The notes beneath the pieces are model-generated. The model saw only the letters and a program-made list of their open reading frames with translations, had not been told where the DNA came from and made no database searches. A program made the translations under genes and the position numbers. From assembly GCA_049623905.1 (NCBI GenBank), contig JBMZTS010000001.1, forward strand, positions 8,068-72,067: a stretch of 64,000 bases of DNA, given 5' to 3'. This document shows positions 29,800 to 40,706 of the stretch, in pieces. The stretch is from Flavobacteriaceae bacterium (GTDB lineage: Bacteria; Bacteroidota; Bacteroidia; Flavobacteriales; Flavobacteriaceae). Within the stretch, counting starts at the first letter, position 1; each line of letters starts with the position of its first letter.

Positions 29800-32700
29800 C
29801 TATTCCTTTATGATTAATTCCGAATGTGAGGTTGTTTCTCCACAACTTTTGATAATATATCCACCCGATTTTAAATCATATGCGGGCAGTGTAATGACTC
29901 TATTGCTGGAATCGAGTCGGTGTTCAGAACGACGGATCAGCTTCCCTTGTGTAGTAAAGATTTCAACACTTATAAAGGTGTCTGTTCCGCCAACAAAAAC
30001 GGATAAGTTGTCTTGGAAGGGGTTTGGGGTAAAATAGACTTTAGAAGAATTAAAATGACTTTCCTCAAAGACTCCTTGGCATGCGCTATCTGTTGTGATT
30101 TTAATGGTATTGATCCCTTCTTTTAGAGGAACATTAACTGTTTTATCTGTGGTTTGATAGCTTTCTCCATTATGTGTAATGGTGAAAATGTCTCCCCCTG
30201 AGAGATGGTAATTGACCGATTTACCTGAAGATGAGACCACCCCATAGACAGAAAGAGGCAAGGGATCTTCTATGCTTATTGTATAGCACCTTTCAAAAAC
30301 AGAAGCAGGTTGGCCCTCCACTGTGATACACACACTGTAATTTCCACTTGATAGATTATCGATTTGAAGTTGCGCACCGCTAATGGCGTCAGCATTAACT
30401 TTCCCCCCGTTGACAGTAATATTGTATTGATAATTAGGGTTTGTAAACTCAACATTAATACTATTTTGTCCAATACATTTTTCAGCTTTGCTGACTAAAA
30501 AACTGTTGGGTGGAAGATAGAATATGGCGCATCCTTTTGCATCGACAATGGTGTCAAAAGGGGTATTACTACAACTGTCATTTGGATTCCAAACCCCGTC
30601 GTGATCTTCGTCATCCGTTACATCGCCTACGCCATCACCATCGCTATCAGACTGATTAGGATTGTAGGTAAATGGACTATTGTCTTCAATATCATTAATA
30701 CCGTCTTGATCTGTGTCGATTCCGGGAAGTGCAGGAACTGACTGAAGTTGTATGGCTGTGGGGTCATTTTCTGGAACAACAATGTTCATTTGAGTCATAG
30801 GTATGGGTTGACTTGCATCACCATCGTTCGTATTGATATTGATGATTTCAACCTCATAAATGTTGTCCTTGTTATGATCCATGGGGTTCTCAAAATCTGG
30901 TGGATTAATGAAATCTAAATACTCGAAATTTTCTTCGTTCGACGATTGTTTTTGAGAGTTTATAGTTTTAACTCTAAACAACTTTGCATCTTTACCACCA
31001 GCGACTTTCTTTTTAATTTTCCATTTACCTACACCTCGATTGCCTTTGGGATTGTGGTAGCGATGATAGCTAACTTTCGCTCCACTTTGTTCATTTTGAA
31101 CGTTGAAGACAACAATGTTGAAGTTGGCTCGAGAGGTCGAATTAGGAATGTCTTTAACTTTTAAAATAATTTCTTTTGTCGTCGCAATGCCCTTGTCGTT
31201 TATTGCCTCTAGAGTGACGCGATGCTCGCGCTTTTCTTCATAATCTATGCCTGCAATAAGGTACAGATTTCTTCCGTCGAGGCGGAAGAGGGGAAGGTTC
31301 TGAACATTGTAATCGTTTTCAACGATGGCAAGGGAGACTGAATTATTGAAAGCATCCTCAGATTTATTGGTGTCTTCAACAAGAATTTTTCCAAGTAAAA
31401 TATTAACATTACTAACATCATCATCTCTTTTATTTTCAAGACGTTCAAAAACTTGTTTATAAATTTTAGCCGCTTGATAGGCACAGCCATTTTCATCAAC
31501 CTCAACTCCAGGCTCTGTGTTGGGACATATGTCTTTTCTGTTTTTGATTCCATCGCCGTCGTCATCGGTATCCAGTTGATCCTCAGAGCATCCGAAGGCA
31601 TCTACCCTTTGGTTTTCTAAAGTGTCTTGACAGCGGTCAATGGCATTGGGAACACCATCTAGATCGTCGTCTCGTTGTTCTTCTGAGCAGCCATTTTCAT
31701 CAACAGCTTCGCTTTCAATGTCGGTGTTAGGACACACATCTAATTCATTTGGCACACCATCTAAATCGGAGTCTTTTTCTACTTGTTCTTGTGAACAGCC
31801 ATATTCGTTGACGGGCTCACTAAATGGTGTATCAGGGCAACGATCGATTAGATTCTCAACCCCATCTAGGTCAGTATCGTTTTCTTTCTGCCCTAATGAG
31901 CATCCGAAAGCGTCTACTTCTTCTCCAATTGGGGTGAAGGGACAGCGATCGATAGCGTCGTTTATTTTATCAAAGTCAGAATCAATTTCATTCAATGGAC
32001 AGCCAAATTCGTTGACTACAACGCCTTTAGCCGTATCAGGGCACAGATCAAACTCATTGTTTACACCGTCAAAATCTTGATCGGTTTCGCTCAGTTCAAC
32101 TAATTCAGCCTGATCACATCCGGTTTGGTCTACTGACTGCCCCAACGGTGTATCAGGGCAACGATCGATTAGATTAATTACACCATCTTGATCATCATCA
32201 GCGTTTTCTTGTTTGTATTGTTCTTGTTCAAGGCTACACCCGTTTTCATTAACTTCAATGCCAAAGCGTGTATTGGGGCATAAATCATCGGCGTTTAATA
32301 TGCCATCTAAATCCGTGTCATTTTGGAGCTGTGTACAGCCGTTTTCATCTACCTTTTCATTCAATGGTGTATCGGGGCATTGATCGATCTCGTTTGGAAC
32401 GCCATCTAAGTCTTCGTCCTGGTCGCTAACCCCGCACCCATTTTCGTCAACGATTTGACCCAAAGGAGTTTCTGGACACTGGTCAATTGGAAGTTCAATT
32501 CCATCTTGGTCTGGATCACGCTGAAACTTTGAACATCCATTGTCATCTACGTTTTCTCCATTTTCAGATTCTGGGCACAGGTCTAGCCCATTTGGAACAC
32601 CGTCTTGATCGTTGTCTTTTTCACTTTCAGCACAACCTTGTGCATCAACATTTTCTCCTTCGGGAGAACTTGGGCAAAGGTCTAAATCGTCTGAAACGCC

Positions 32701-35700
32701 GTCCTTATCACTGTCCACGATAAGATAAACCTGATTGTTTGTTATGGTTGATGTGATATTTTGATTTTCGTCAGTAATGGGGTTTAACAATTGGATGATG
32801 AGCTGTTCTTGTTCTGGAATGTCTCCTTGTAATTCAAAACGGATTGTCAGTTCTTTCCCGTTCTGGATAAGCTCTAGCGGGGTAGAACTGACTAAGGTTG
32901 CGGAAGAGATAAGTGTACTGAGGACAAAATCCGTTACACTCAGTGGTGTTGAACTATTGTCTGAAAGGTAGGGCGATTCGTTGAAGACCAGCTCAACAGA
33001 GGTGTTATCAACCAGTCTTATGGTTTCAACATATGGTGCAGTGGTATCGAATAGTTCTATACTATTGGTCGCTTGTTGACTTTGCATTTCGTTCCCTGCC
33101 TGATCAAAAAATGCAGCACTGTCAATAGTGATACTTAAGATTTCTTCCCCGCTAGCAGGACCAGAAATGTTGAGATCAATTTGGATGTTTTTATCATCTA
33201 GTACAGCAATCGTTTGGCTACCGCTTGTCTCTAATATGGCTGTTCCTCCACTGAGAGTGATGTCAATGTCGCCGGGGTCAACACTAGAGAGGCTTTGTTC
33301 ATTTTTATACAATGCTTCATTAAAAATCAATGTCAAGCGGCTGTTATCATTAGATAAATTTAAAGCCTCTATTAAGGGAGGGTTACTGTCGATAAAAAAG
33401 TCATTTGGATAGGTGTAGAGAAATTGATTTCCAGCACGATCTTCTCCTTCTATGGTAACGCTTGTGGTTAAATTTAGACCAACGGGCGTGTCAAAATCAT
33501 ATACCCAAACCGTTTGAGAAGTTGTAGCTGTCATCGCAGTAGGCGAAGAGATTTGACTCAAACTAAATACAGGGGCTTGGCTAATGAGTTCATTAAAATT
33601 TGCTGTAAAACGCAGCTCGTCATTTGACTTGAAGTAAGCTGTGTTTTTATCCCAATCAAGACTTAAACTTGGGGCAGTGGTGTCTAGGACAAAACTTACA
33701 CTTACAGTTCCACTGTAGGGATTTCCTGCTAGATCGGTGGCGGTTAAAATTGAAATATCAAAGGCACCTTCAGTCCAATTTGGTGGTATTTGCCAGGTCA
33801 AGTGCCATACTGATGAAGAAGTTGCCGTCATATCGGGCTGTACGCTTATTGCATCGTTGGCTATGTTCAACTGGACACCACCAGCAATTGGTTCGTTAAA
33901 AGTAGCTGTAACGGTAACCGAATCGTTCCCATTGAGAAAGAGATCACTCTGATTGGTTTCTAATAGAGCTTCTGCAGTACTATTATCAATTAGAAACGTT
34001 AACGAGGCTGAATTGGTATTTGCATTTCCAACTTCGTCAAATCCTTGAATTGTGATACTTATTGATCCACTGATGTCAATAGGAACCGTCCAATCGTAAG
34101 TCCAAAGAGTGGCCGAGGAGGTGGTCGCCATTGTCGCCGTTACCTGATTGGAAAAAGACAAGACAGGGGGGGCATTCAACAGTTCATTTGCTGTGGCATT
34201 GAGGGTTATTTGTTGTCCGCCCGAGAGGAGTAGATCATCTTGGTCGTGAGTGATGTCGATCAGTGGTGTGCTGGTGTCGTTCAGTCTAACACTATTATTG
34301 GTTTGTGTTGAGGAAAGTAGATTGCCATCGCTATCATAAAGCGTATTACTTGCTATTTCAATGGTAACAATTTCATCACCAGAGACGGGGCCTTTCAGAG
34401 GGAGTTCAATAAGGTAACTCAAACTCCCTGTAGTTGAGATGCTAACAGGGCTAGCACTGCTTAGGTCAGCTGTACCTCCGTTAATGCTCAAGCTAATTCC
34501 GTCTAAAGGGTCTCCTCCCATATTTGCATAGACACCATTTAACCATTTCCAACCTCCTGAAGGTTCACTATAGTTTTGATCATTAGTGTCTTGGTAGAGG
34601 CCAATCCAAACATCGCCTAAGTTTTGTTGAATGAGATAATTTTTTTCTGCATCAGTATTGATCACTACGAGATAACCACCGAGGTCCTCAGCAATGGCTT
34701 TCGCATTGGGCCAAGTGTTTTGGGCTGTCAATTTAAAATAACTGTGTCCGTTATGGTTACCGATAAAGCCGAGACCTTCTACAAAACTGGTAGTTTGGTC
34801 AAACTCGATTACAGCAGCAAAAGCGTCAATGTCTAAATAATCGTAGATTTTTCCATTCGATTGAAGAAGACCATACTCCTCAGTTCCTTCGTTATTGGGT
34901 TGATTATCCGCCCAATTGGAAAATGTATTGAGTGTTTCGGAAAAACGAACGATAACCCCTGTATTTGTATTGCTCAGGGTTGTAGAGCTTATGATGGAAG
35001 GGGTTTTGTCGTAGAGTGTAAAATTAATGTTAGTTGAAGAAGCGGTGTTTCCTGCTGCATCATAAATAGCATTGGTCACAGGGGCAACACTTAAAACTTC
35101 GTTTCCATCGGCTATACCTTGAATCGGAAGGCTTAGAATGAAAGACGTGTTACTAGCTGTTAGTGATGAAGGGGTGTTACTGGCCAAGTTTGCACTACCA
35201 CCAGAGAGATTTAATTGGAAATCATTTGCGTCCAAGTCAAGAGCAGTGTAGTATATGGTTAATACGCCATTTTGAGTAGTAGAACTCCATCCAGGCCATC
35301 CCATAAAGTAAAAGAAGAGTTCATTGGTTCCGTTGTAATTAAAATCAGGAAAAGCACTTATTTTTTCTAGTGTGAAATTTTGATAATTATGAGTTAATTG
35401 GGCCTTGCCAATTTCTGTACCGTTCAATTTTATGGTAGCATTGGCATTGGTTCCACCCCAGCCTTGATCTTTTGCATCAAAATTAAATCTTACTTTTGAA
35501 ACGACATATCCTTCAGGGATGTCTAGGTTAATGGCATGCGACCACGGTTGCCAACTCGAAGTAGCCGTCGTTTTGGTCGGTACATTAAAATCAGTACTGC
35601 TGGCCGTAGAGCTATCAAAATTTGCCATCGACGAGGCCACAAGCCGTTCGTTAAAGTTTAGAATAACCTCAGTGTTGTCTTGGCTAAGTGTTCTTGCTAT

Positions 35701-38700
35701 GACATAGGGTTGTGTGTTATCGATTAAAGAGATGTAGGTGCTATTGTTTTCAATTTGAAATTCATTTCCGGCCTTGTCATAAATAGCATTTCCAGTATTA
35801 ATGTAAACTTTTTCTTCACCACTAATAAAACCATCCAATTGTAGGGCAATCAAATAAGTTGTGCCACTGACAGTTATTGATTCGATTGGGTTATTATTCA
35901 GCTGGGCAGTACCATCTGAAAGTGATAAATCAAAATTATCTTCCGTTATAGACCCTGAGGCGGTCTGTCCAGAATGGCTAGCAAATACGGGCTCATTAAA
36001 AGTTATTGCAATGGCATTGGTGCTAGAATCATAAGACAAATCGGCTATTCCTGGGGGGTTATTGTCAATGACAAATGTAAGGCTAGAGGAGGATGAGGTG
36101 GCGAGACTGCTTGGGGTAATTCCTTGAGAATGATCACTGTTAAGGTTTAATTCAGTTGTTACGTAATCAAAAGTACTAGTGGTGTTGACTGTCCACACAT
36201 ATGCCCAAGTGGAGGTGCTAAGTGCAGTCATTTCAGCAGAATCGACTAAATTCAAATACGCCCCATTGTAGGTGTCACTGGCTACGAGCGATAGGGTAGG
36301 AGTTCCGTTTAATGTTTCCGAAAATGTCGCTGTTATAGTAAGGCTATTGCCTTGCGAGACTACATGATCTGAATCGGAACTTTCAAGGGTAAAGGTCGTT
36401 GGCGAACTTTCGATCGCTAGCGTGATACTGTCTGTTCCACTATAGGCGTTCCCAAAGAGATCGGTTGCAGAGACGGTAGCACTTGCAGCAGCATCTGCCG
36501 TCCAATGGTAGGTCCAGTTTTCACTACCTGCACTTGAAGGACGAACAAAGGTTTTGAAAACGTAGTCCGAATTTGAATTGTTACTCGCTCGACCACCTGC
36601 GTAGGAATTATTGGTATTTAAATCCAAAAAGCTAACGTTTTGTTCGTTGTTTATCAGGCTAAGTCTAAGGGTCAGTGTCTCATTGGCCGTAACGCTGACA
36701 TTTGCGCTAGTTAGGTCGAAATAGACATATTGACCCGTGATTGCATTGCCATTTTCGTCAGTATATGCTGGCGTTTCTAGGCCTTCACTCGAAGAAACTA
36801 GGGTGCCTGAAGTACCTTCCCCGCGATAAACCTTTAGCGAAATTGGCTGAGGTTGACCATCAAGAACGGGGTTAGCCATTTTCCACCCTACTTTTGAGAG
36901 TAATCCCGTTTCACTCACAGTAAACGATTGCCATTGATCTGTTCCGCCAGCTCCAGCATTACTGAGACTATTATTTTGATTTAACTCTTCTACCCCATAC
37001 GGCGATAAATCCATCACAAAATAATCATTATTGATTTTTATACTTGGAGAAGCAGAAAGCGATTCATTAAAATTGGCAGTAAAAATGAGTGACTCTCCCA
37101 GCAAACAGCTATTAGAAGACGAGTTGGTCGTAAATGAAAGTAATGTTGGAGGGACAATGTCGATATTATCAAGAGGATAACTTAAATATAATTCCTGATC
37201 ATCGTTAAAGCTTGTATCGGAAGGCGCAATTCTCAGTTCTTCATTACCGTCCAAATCTCCAGTAATGGAAACGGTAAATGAAAAGGACTTTAGATCGGAA
37301 GACACTTGAAAATTTAGAGGTTGATCGCTAGTTAAAGTTGCTGAATTTTCAGGATCGTCAATGGAGACTGTTACATCTGCAGCCTCTAGTGCTGTGTTTA
37401 AGTCGTCGTCAGAATAAAGCGGGTAGGAGAAAGATAATGAGGCAGTAAGGCTTTGCTCATCAAATTCTAAATCGACTAATCCCACATCATTATTTCCACG
37501 GATAAATGGAAAACCATCGTTAACATTTCCCGAAATAATCCACTTGTCGTCAAAATCCCACCCCTCGTCAGTAAACGTTGATTGGGTTTTTAATTCTTGA
37601 GTAGTTTTTGAAAAGTCTATACTTCCTCCTGCACTTGTGAGCTGGGTTAAATCAGCATTCCAAAAGTTATCAGCCCCTTCATATGTAAAGCCGCTTGACA
37701 AGTCTTGCGCTCCAACAATTGGTCCTATTCCGCTGGAGTTGTTCATAGAGGAAACGACAGTAGAGGTGAAGTTGTGAACCCTACCAGAGTCATTGTCGTT
37801 GTAGGCTGAATTTCCAGAAATTCCACCCGCATAATTGTTTTCTGCAGTTACCGTTCCAATGGCATAAGAATTCGAAATTTTTGAACCAGAATTAACACCC
37901 ACAATACCACCGACATAATTAACCCCAAAAACGAAGCCGTTAAAATAACTTGCAGTTAAAAAGCTAGTCGGTTTTATTTTTCCAACAAGACCTCCAATAT
38001 TCTGTGGATTTCCACTTCCAGAAAAATTTTGACTTGTGGAATAACCAGTAACGGTACCTGTATAAGAAGAGGCGTGTATATACGCTCCATTTCCAACTCT
38101 ACCAACCAGTCCTCCAATTGTAGTATTGCCTAAAACAAAGCCTTCAAATACATGATTATCTGAAAATTGGCTGTAGCTATTTTTTAATTCGCCTACGAGA
38201 GCACCAACTCTTAAGTCTCCAACAATTATGGGGTCATAGAGTGTAATATTTTTGATTACGCCATTATTTACTAGACCAAATAAAGCGACCTCTTCAGCTT
38301 GTTCTCTCTTGATGTAGAGGGACGAAATGGCGTAATGTTGACCATCATACGAGCCAGTAAAAGCTGTATTTATGTTGCCAATTGGGGAAAACCCTTTACC
38401 ATTGTTTAAATAGGCACTCGAATATGCGTCAATGTCATTTGTTTGAAGATAGTGGTAAGCCCAACGGTTGCTGTCTTGAGAAATCCACCATAAATCTGCA
38501 AACGAATCAATGTGATAAGGATCAGAGAGGCTACCGTCTCCTGTTGAAGGGGGGCTAGTTCCAGAGAAATTAACTACAGAAAGTGTAACGTTATTAATAT
38601 TCGCTGCAGAGAAATTATTGCTATCAGTAAAAGTGGTGTGTTCTTCATGAATGGAATAATCTCCAGACGGAAATACTGAAGGGTCAATCATGAGGCTGGC

Positions 38701-39009
38701 TTCATAGACACCATCATATTGATCGCCACTAACCAGAGACCAATTGGCATTGGCATAAACGACACTCCCTGCAATATTAGTATCGTAGACATAAGGTTTT
38801 GCAGAAGGAGCAAGAACCCCCGAGCTGTCTGTTGCTCTAATGCTAACGGTTACCGTGGCTGGACCAGAGCTAATATCGACCGAACTGGGAGAGACAGTAA
38901 ATAAAGACAAAGCGGGACCATCAAAATCATTTTGTGCAAAAGTCTTTGTGCCTAATGCACCAAAAAACAAAAAAACGGTGAGGTATTTTATTTTGATTAT
39001 TGTTTTCAA
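29800..39009 (-). CDS. Giant T9SS-secreted adhesin-like protein (GLUG-like head, Ig-like repeats, lectin-like inserts, TSP3-like repeats, cadherin-like domains)
   Basis: Signal peptide; PYHI...YLQTNDID and xGGLVG repeats; D-GN repeats; DYEE and PDFENP cadherin-like motifs; C-terminal PNP...GGYII T9SS type A domain. Confidence 0.88.
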   Translation of the reverse strand: MKTIIKIKYLTVFLFFGALGTKTFAQNDFDGPALSLFTVSPSSVDISSGPATVTVSIRATDSSGVLAPSAKPYVYDTNIAGSVVYANANWSLVSGDQYDGVYEASLMIDPSVFPSGDYSIHEEHTTFTDSNNFSAANINNVTLSVVNFSGTSPPSTGDGSLSDPYHIDSFADLWWISQDSNRWAYHYLQTNDIDAYSSAYLNNGKGFSPIGNINTAFTGSYDGQHYAISSLYIKREQAEEVALFGLVNNGVIKNITLYDPIIVGDLRVGALVGELKNSYSQFSDNHVFEGFVLGNTTIGGLVGRVGNGAYIHASSYTGTVTGYSTSQNFSGSGNPQNIGGLVGKIKPTSFLTASYFNGFVFGVNYVGGIVGVNSGSKISNSYAIGTVTAENNYAGGISGNSAYNDNDSGRVHNFTSTVVSSMNNSSGIGPIVGAQDLSSGFTYEGADNFWNADLTQLTSAGGSIDFSKTTQELKTQSTFTDEGWDFDDKWIISGNVNDGFPFIRGNNDVGLVDLEFDEQSLTASLSFSYPLYSDDDLNTALEAADVTVSIDDPENSATLTSDQPLNFQVSSDLKSFSFTVSITGDLDGNEELRIAPSDTSFNDDQELYLSYPLDNIDIVPPTLLSFTTNSSSNSCLLGESLIFTANFNESLSASPSIKINNDYFVMDLSPYGVEELNQNNSLSNAGAGGTDQWQSFTVSETGLLSKVGWKMANPVLDGQPQPISLKVYRGEGTSGTLVSSSEGLETPAYTDENGNAITGQYVYFDLTSANVSVTANETLTLRLSLINNEQNVSFLDLNTNNSYAGGRASNNSNSDYVFKTFVRPSSAGSENWTYHWTADAAASATVSATDLFGNAYSGTDSITLAIESSPTTFTLESSDSDHVVSQGNSLTITATFSETLNGTPTLSLVASDTYNGAYLNLVDSAEMTALSTSTWAYVWTVNTTSTFDYVTTELNLNSDHSQGITPSSLATSSSSSLTFVIDNNPPGIADLSYDSSTNAIAITFNEPVFASHSGQTASGSITEDNFDLSLSDGTAQLNNNPIESITVSGTTYLIALQLDGFISGEEKVYINTGNAIYDKAGNEFQIENNSTYISLIDNTQPYVIARTLSQDNTEVILNFNERLVASSMANFDSSTASSTDFNVPTKTTATSSWQPWSHAINLDIPEGYVVSKVRFNFDAKDQGWGGTNANATIKLNGTEIGKAQLTHNYQNFTLEKISAFPDFNYNGTNELFFYFMGWPGWSSTTQNGVLTIYYTALDLDANDFQLNLSGGSANLASNTPSSLTASNTSFILSLPIQGIADGNEVLSVAPVTNAIYDAAGNTASSTNINFTLYDKTPSIISSTTLSNTNTGVIVRFSETLNTFSNWADNQPNNEGTEEYGLLQSNGKIYDYLDIDAFAAVIEFDQTTSFVEGLGFIGNHNGHSYFKLTAQNTWPNAKAIAEDLGGYLVVINTDAEKNYLIQQNLGDVWIGLYQDTNDQNYSEPSGGWKWLNGVYANMGGDPLDGISLSINGGTADLSSASPVSISTTGSLSYLIELPLKGPVSGDEIVTIEIASNTLYDSDGNLLSSTQTNNSVRLNDTSTPLIDITHDQDDLLLSGGQQITLNATANELLNAPPVLSFSNQVTATMATTSSATLWTYDWTVPIDISGSISITIQGFDEVGNANTNSASLTFLIDNSTAEALLETNQSDLFLNGNDSVTVTATFNEPIAGGVQLNIANDAISVQPDMTATSSSVWHLTWQIPPNWTEGAFDISILTATDLAGNPYSGTVSVSFVLDTTAPSLSLDWDKNTAYFKSNDELRFTANFNELISQAPVFSLSQISSPTAMTATTSQTVWVYDFDTPVGLNLTTSVTIEGEDRAGNQFLYTYPNDFFIDSNPPLIEALNLSNDNSRLTLIFNEALYKNEQSLSSVDPGDIDITLSGGTAILETSGSQTIAVLDDKNIQIDLNISGPASGEEILSITIDSAAFFDQAGNEMQSQQATNSIELFDTTAPYVETIRLVDNTSVELVFNESPYLSDNSSTPLSVTDFVLSTLISSATLVSSTPLELIQNGKELTIRFELQGDIPEQEQLIIQLLNPITDENQNITSTITNNQVYLIVDSDKDGVSDDLDLCPSSPEGENVDAQGCAESEKDNDQDGVPNGLDLCPESENGENVDDNGCSKFQRDPDQDGIELPIDQCPETPLGQIVDENGCGVSDQDEDLDGVPNEIDQCPDTPLNEKVDENGCTQLQNDTDLDGILNADDLCPNTRFGIEVNENGCSLEQEQYKQENADDDQDGVINLIDRCPDTPLGQSVDQTGCDQAELVELSETDQDFDGVNNEFDLCPDTAKGVVVNEFGCPLNEIDSDFDKINDAIDRCPFTPIGEEVDAFGCSLGQKENDTDLDGVENLIDRCPDTPFSEPVNEYGCSQEQVEKDSDLDGVPNELDVCPNTDIESEAVDENGCSEEQRDDDLDGVPNAIDRCQDTLENQRVDAFGCSEDQLDTDDDGDGIKNRKDICPNTEPGVEVDENGCAYQAAKIYKQVFERLENKRDDDVSNVNILLGKILVEDTNKSEDAFNNSVSLAIVENDYNVQNLPLFRLDGRNLYLIAGIDYEEKREHRVTLEAINDKGIATTKEIILKVKDIPNSTSRANFNIVVFNVQNEQSGAKVSYHRYHNPKGNRGVGKWKIKKKVAGGKDAKLFRVKTINSQKQSSNEENFEYLDFINPPDFENPMDHNKDNIYEVEIININTNDGDASQPIPMTQMNIVVPENDPTAIQLQSVPALPGIDTDQDGINDIEDNSPFTYNPNQSDSDGDGVGDVTDDEDHDGVWNPNDSCSNTPFDTIVDAKGCAIFYLPPNSFLVSKAEKCIGQNSINVEFTNPNYQYNITVNGGKVNADAISGAQLQIDNLSSGNYSVCITVEGQPASVFERCYTISIEDPLPLSVYGVVSSSGKSVNYHLSGGDIFTITHNGESYQTTDKTVNVPLKEGINTIKITTDSACQGVFEESHFNSSKVYFTPNPFQDNLSVFVGGTDTFISVEIFTTQGKLIRRSEHRLDSSNRVITLPAYDLKSGGYIIKSCGETTSHSELIIKE
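31480..32715 (-). repeat. 12 tandem TSP3-like Ca-binding repeats, DxDxDGxxxxxDxCPxT...VDxxGC
   Basis: Counted in the translation. Includes an exact 29-bp DNA repeat at 31826-31854 and 32147-32175. Confidence 0.9.
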
Positions 39010-39129
39010 TGGCTAAACAAGATTTAAGTAATAAAAATAGTAAATAAATATATGTGATGAATCATGCCAACCTTTAAATATTAAGAACTTAACTTTTTTT
39101 TTGTAGCTTTAATAGATATAAGGAATATC

Positions 39130-40689
39130 ATGAAAAGACATAATTTACTTTTTTTAGCACTAGTTTTCACTTTTTCAACATCCCTATTGGCACAAGTGGC
39201 TGAAGGTCCTTTTAAGCAATTGATTGTACGTGGCGTGACCCTCATCAATGGAAACGGTTCGCCTCCATTAGGCCCTGTGGATGTAGTGGTTGAAAATGAC
39301 CGTATTGTGAAGGTTGCTGTCGTGGGCTATCCCGGAGTAGCCATAGACGCAGAAAAGCGTCCACAATTGAAAGCAGGCGGCAAAGAAATAGATGCCGAAG
39401 GGATGTATCTCCTACCAGGATTTATTGATATGCACGGTCATATTGGTGGCGTTTCTCAAGGGGCAGATTGGGACTATGTTTTTAAACTTTGGCTTGCTCA
39501 TGGTGTGACCACTGTTAGAGAACCTAGTGGAAGGGATCGCGATTGGGCATTAGATTTGAAAAAAAGAAGCGAAAGCAACGAAATCATTGCCCCTAGAATC
39601 ATCCAATTTACGGGCTTTGGTCAGGGCGCAAAATACGGAATCAACACTGTTGAACAAGCCCGTCAATGGGTTCGTGAAAATGCAAAAGCAGGCTCTGATG
39701 GTATTAAATTTTTCGGTGCTTCTCCTGAAATAATGGAAGCGGCTTTAGCTGAAAACAATAAATTGGGTCTTGGTTCGGCCTGCCATCATGCTCAGCTCAG
39801 CGTTGCCCGATGGAATGTGTTGCACTCTGCTCGGGCTGGTCTAACGACTATGGAACACTGGTATGGCTTGCCAGAAGCCCTTTTCGACGATCGAACGGTG
39901 CAAGATTACCCTTTAGATTACAACTATCAAAACGAACAACACCGCTTTGAGCAAGCGGGTAATTTATGGCAACAGGCTGCTAAACCCTTTTCTGAACATT
40001 GGAATCGCGTTATGGAGGAATTGTTGGCACTTGATTTTACACTAGATCCAACCTTCAATATTTATGAAGCAAGCCGCGATTTGCAAAGAGCAAGACGTGC
40101 CGAATGGCATGAAAAATATACACTTCCGAGCCTTTGGCGTTTTTACCAACCAAGTAAAATATCACATGGATCCTATTGGCATTATTGGGGAACGGAACAA
40201 GAAATTGCTTGGAAAGAAAATTTTGACTTATGGATGACGTTTGTGAATGAATATAAAAACAGAGGTGGGAGAGTTACAACCGGGTCTGATTCTGGATTTA
40301 TATTTCAGCTATACGGTTTTGCTTATGTTCGTGAGTTAGAACTTCTGCGTGAAGCTGGTTTCCATCCCTTGGAAGTGATTCGCGCAGCCACCCTTAATGG
40401 TGCAGAAGCCCTTAAGATGGATGACCAAATTGGAAGTATAGAAGTTGGTAAATTAGCCGATATGGTTTTAGTTGAGGCAAATCCGCTTGAAAACCTGAAA
40501 GTGCTTTATGGTACGGGGGCAATAAAATTGACTGATGACAATGAGGTCGTGCGTGTCGGCGGGGTAAAATACACTATTAGCAATGGCGTGGTTTACGATG
40601 CAAAAGAATTGCTTAAAGAGGTCGAAGACATGGTGCAAGCGGCTAAGGAAAAAGAGAACTTTACGCTCACTCAGCCAGGAGTCAACTAA
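39130..40689 (+). CDS. Secreted metal-dependent amidohydrolase
   Basis: Signal peptide, PGFIDMHGH, GSD, GSIEVGKLAD. Confidence 0.88.
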   Translation: MKRHNLLFLALVFTFSTSLLAQVAEGPFKQLIVRGVTLINGNGSPPLGPVDVVVENDRIVKVAVVGYPGVAIDAEKRPQLKAGGKEIDAEGMYLLPGFIDMHGHIGGVSQGADWDYVFKLWLAHGVTTVREPSGRDRDWALDLKKRSESNEIIAPRIIQFTGFGQGAKYGINTVEQARQWVRENAKAGSDGIKFFGASPEIMEAALAENNKLGLGSACHHAQLSVARWNVLHSARAGLTTMEHWYGLPEALFDDRTVQDYPLDYNYQNEQHRFEQAGNLWQQAAKPFSEHWNRVMEELLALDFTLDPTFNIYEASRDLQRARRAEWHEKYTLPSLWRFYQPSKISHGSYWHYWGTEQEIAWKENFDLWMTFVNEYKNRGGRVTTGSDSGFIFQLYGFAYVRELELLREAGFHPLEVIRAATLNGAEALKMDDQIGSIEVGKLADMVLVEANPLENLKVLYGTGAIKLTDDNEVVRVGGVKYTISNGVVYDAKELLKEVEDMVQAAKEKENFTLTQPGVN

Positions 40690-40706
40690 ACTTAAAACAA
40701 CGCCAG

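Noticed and set aside
31480-32715. Roughly 100-bp periodic repeats considered as a CRISPR array
   Set aside because: They are degenerate, in-frame protein repeats inside a CDS, and no cas genes are present.
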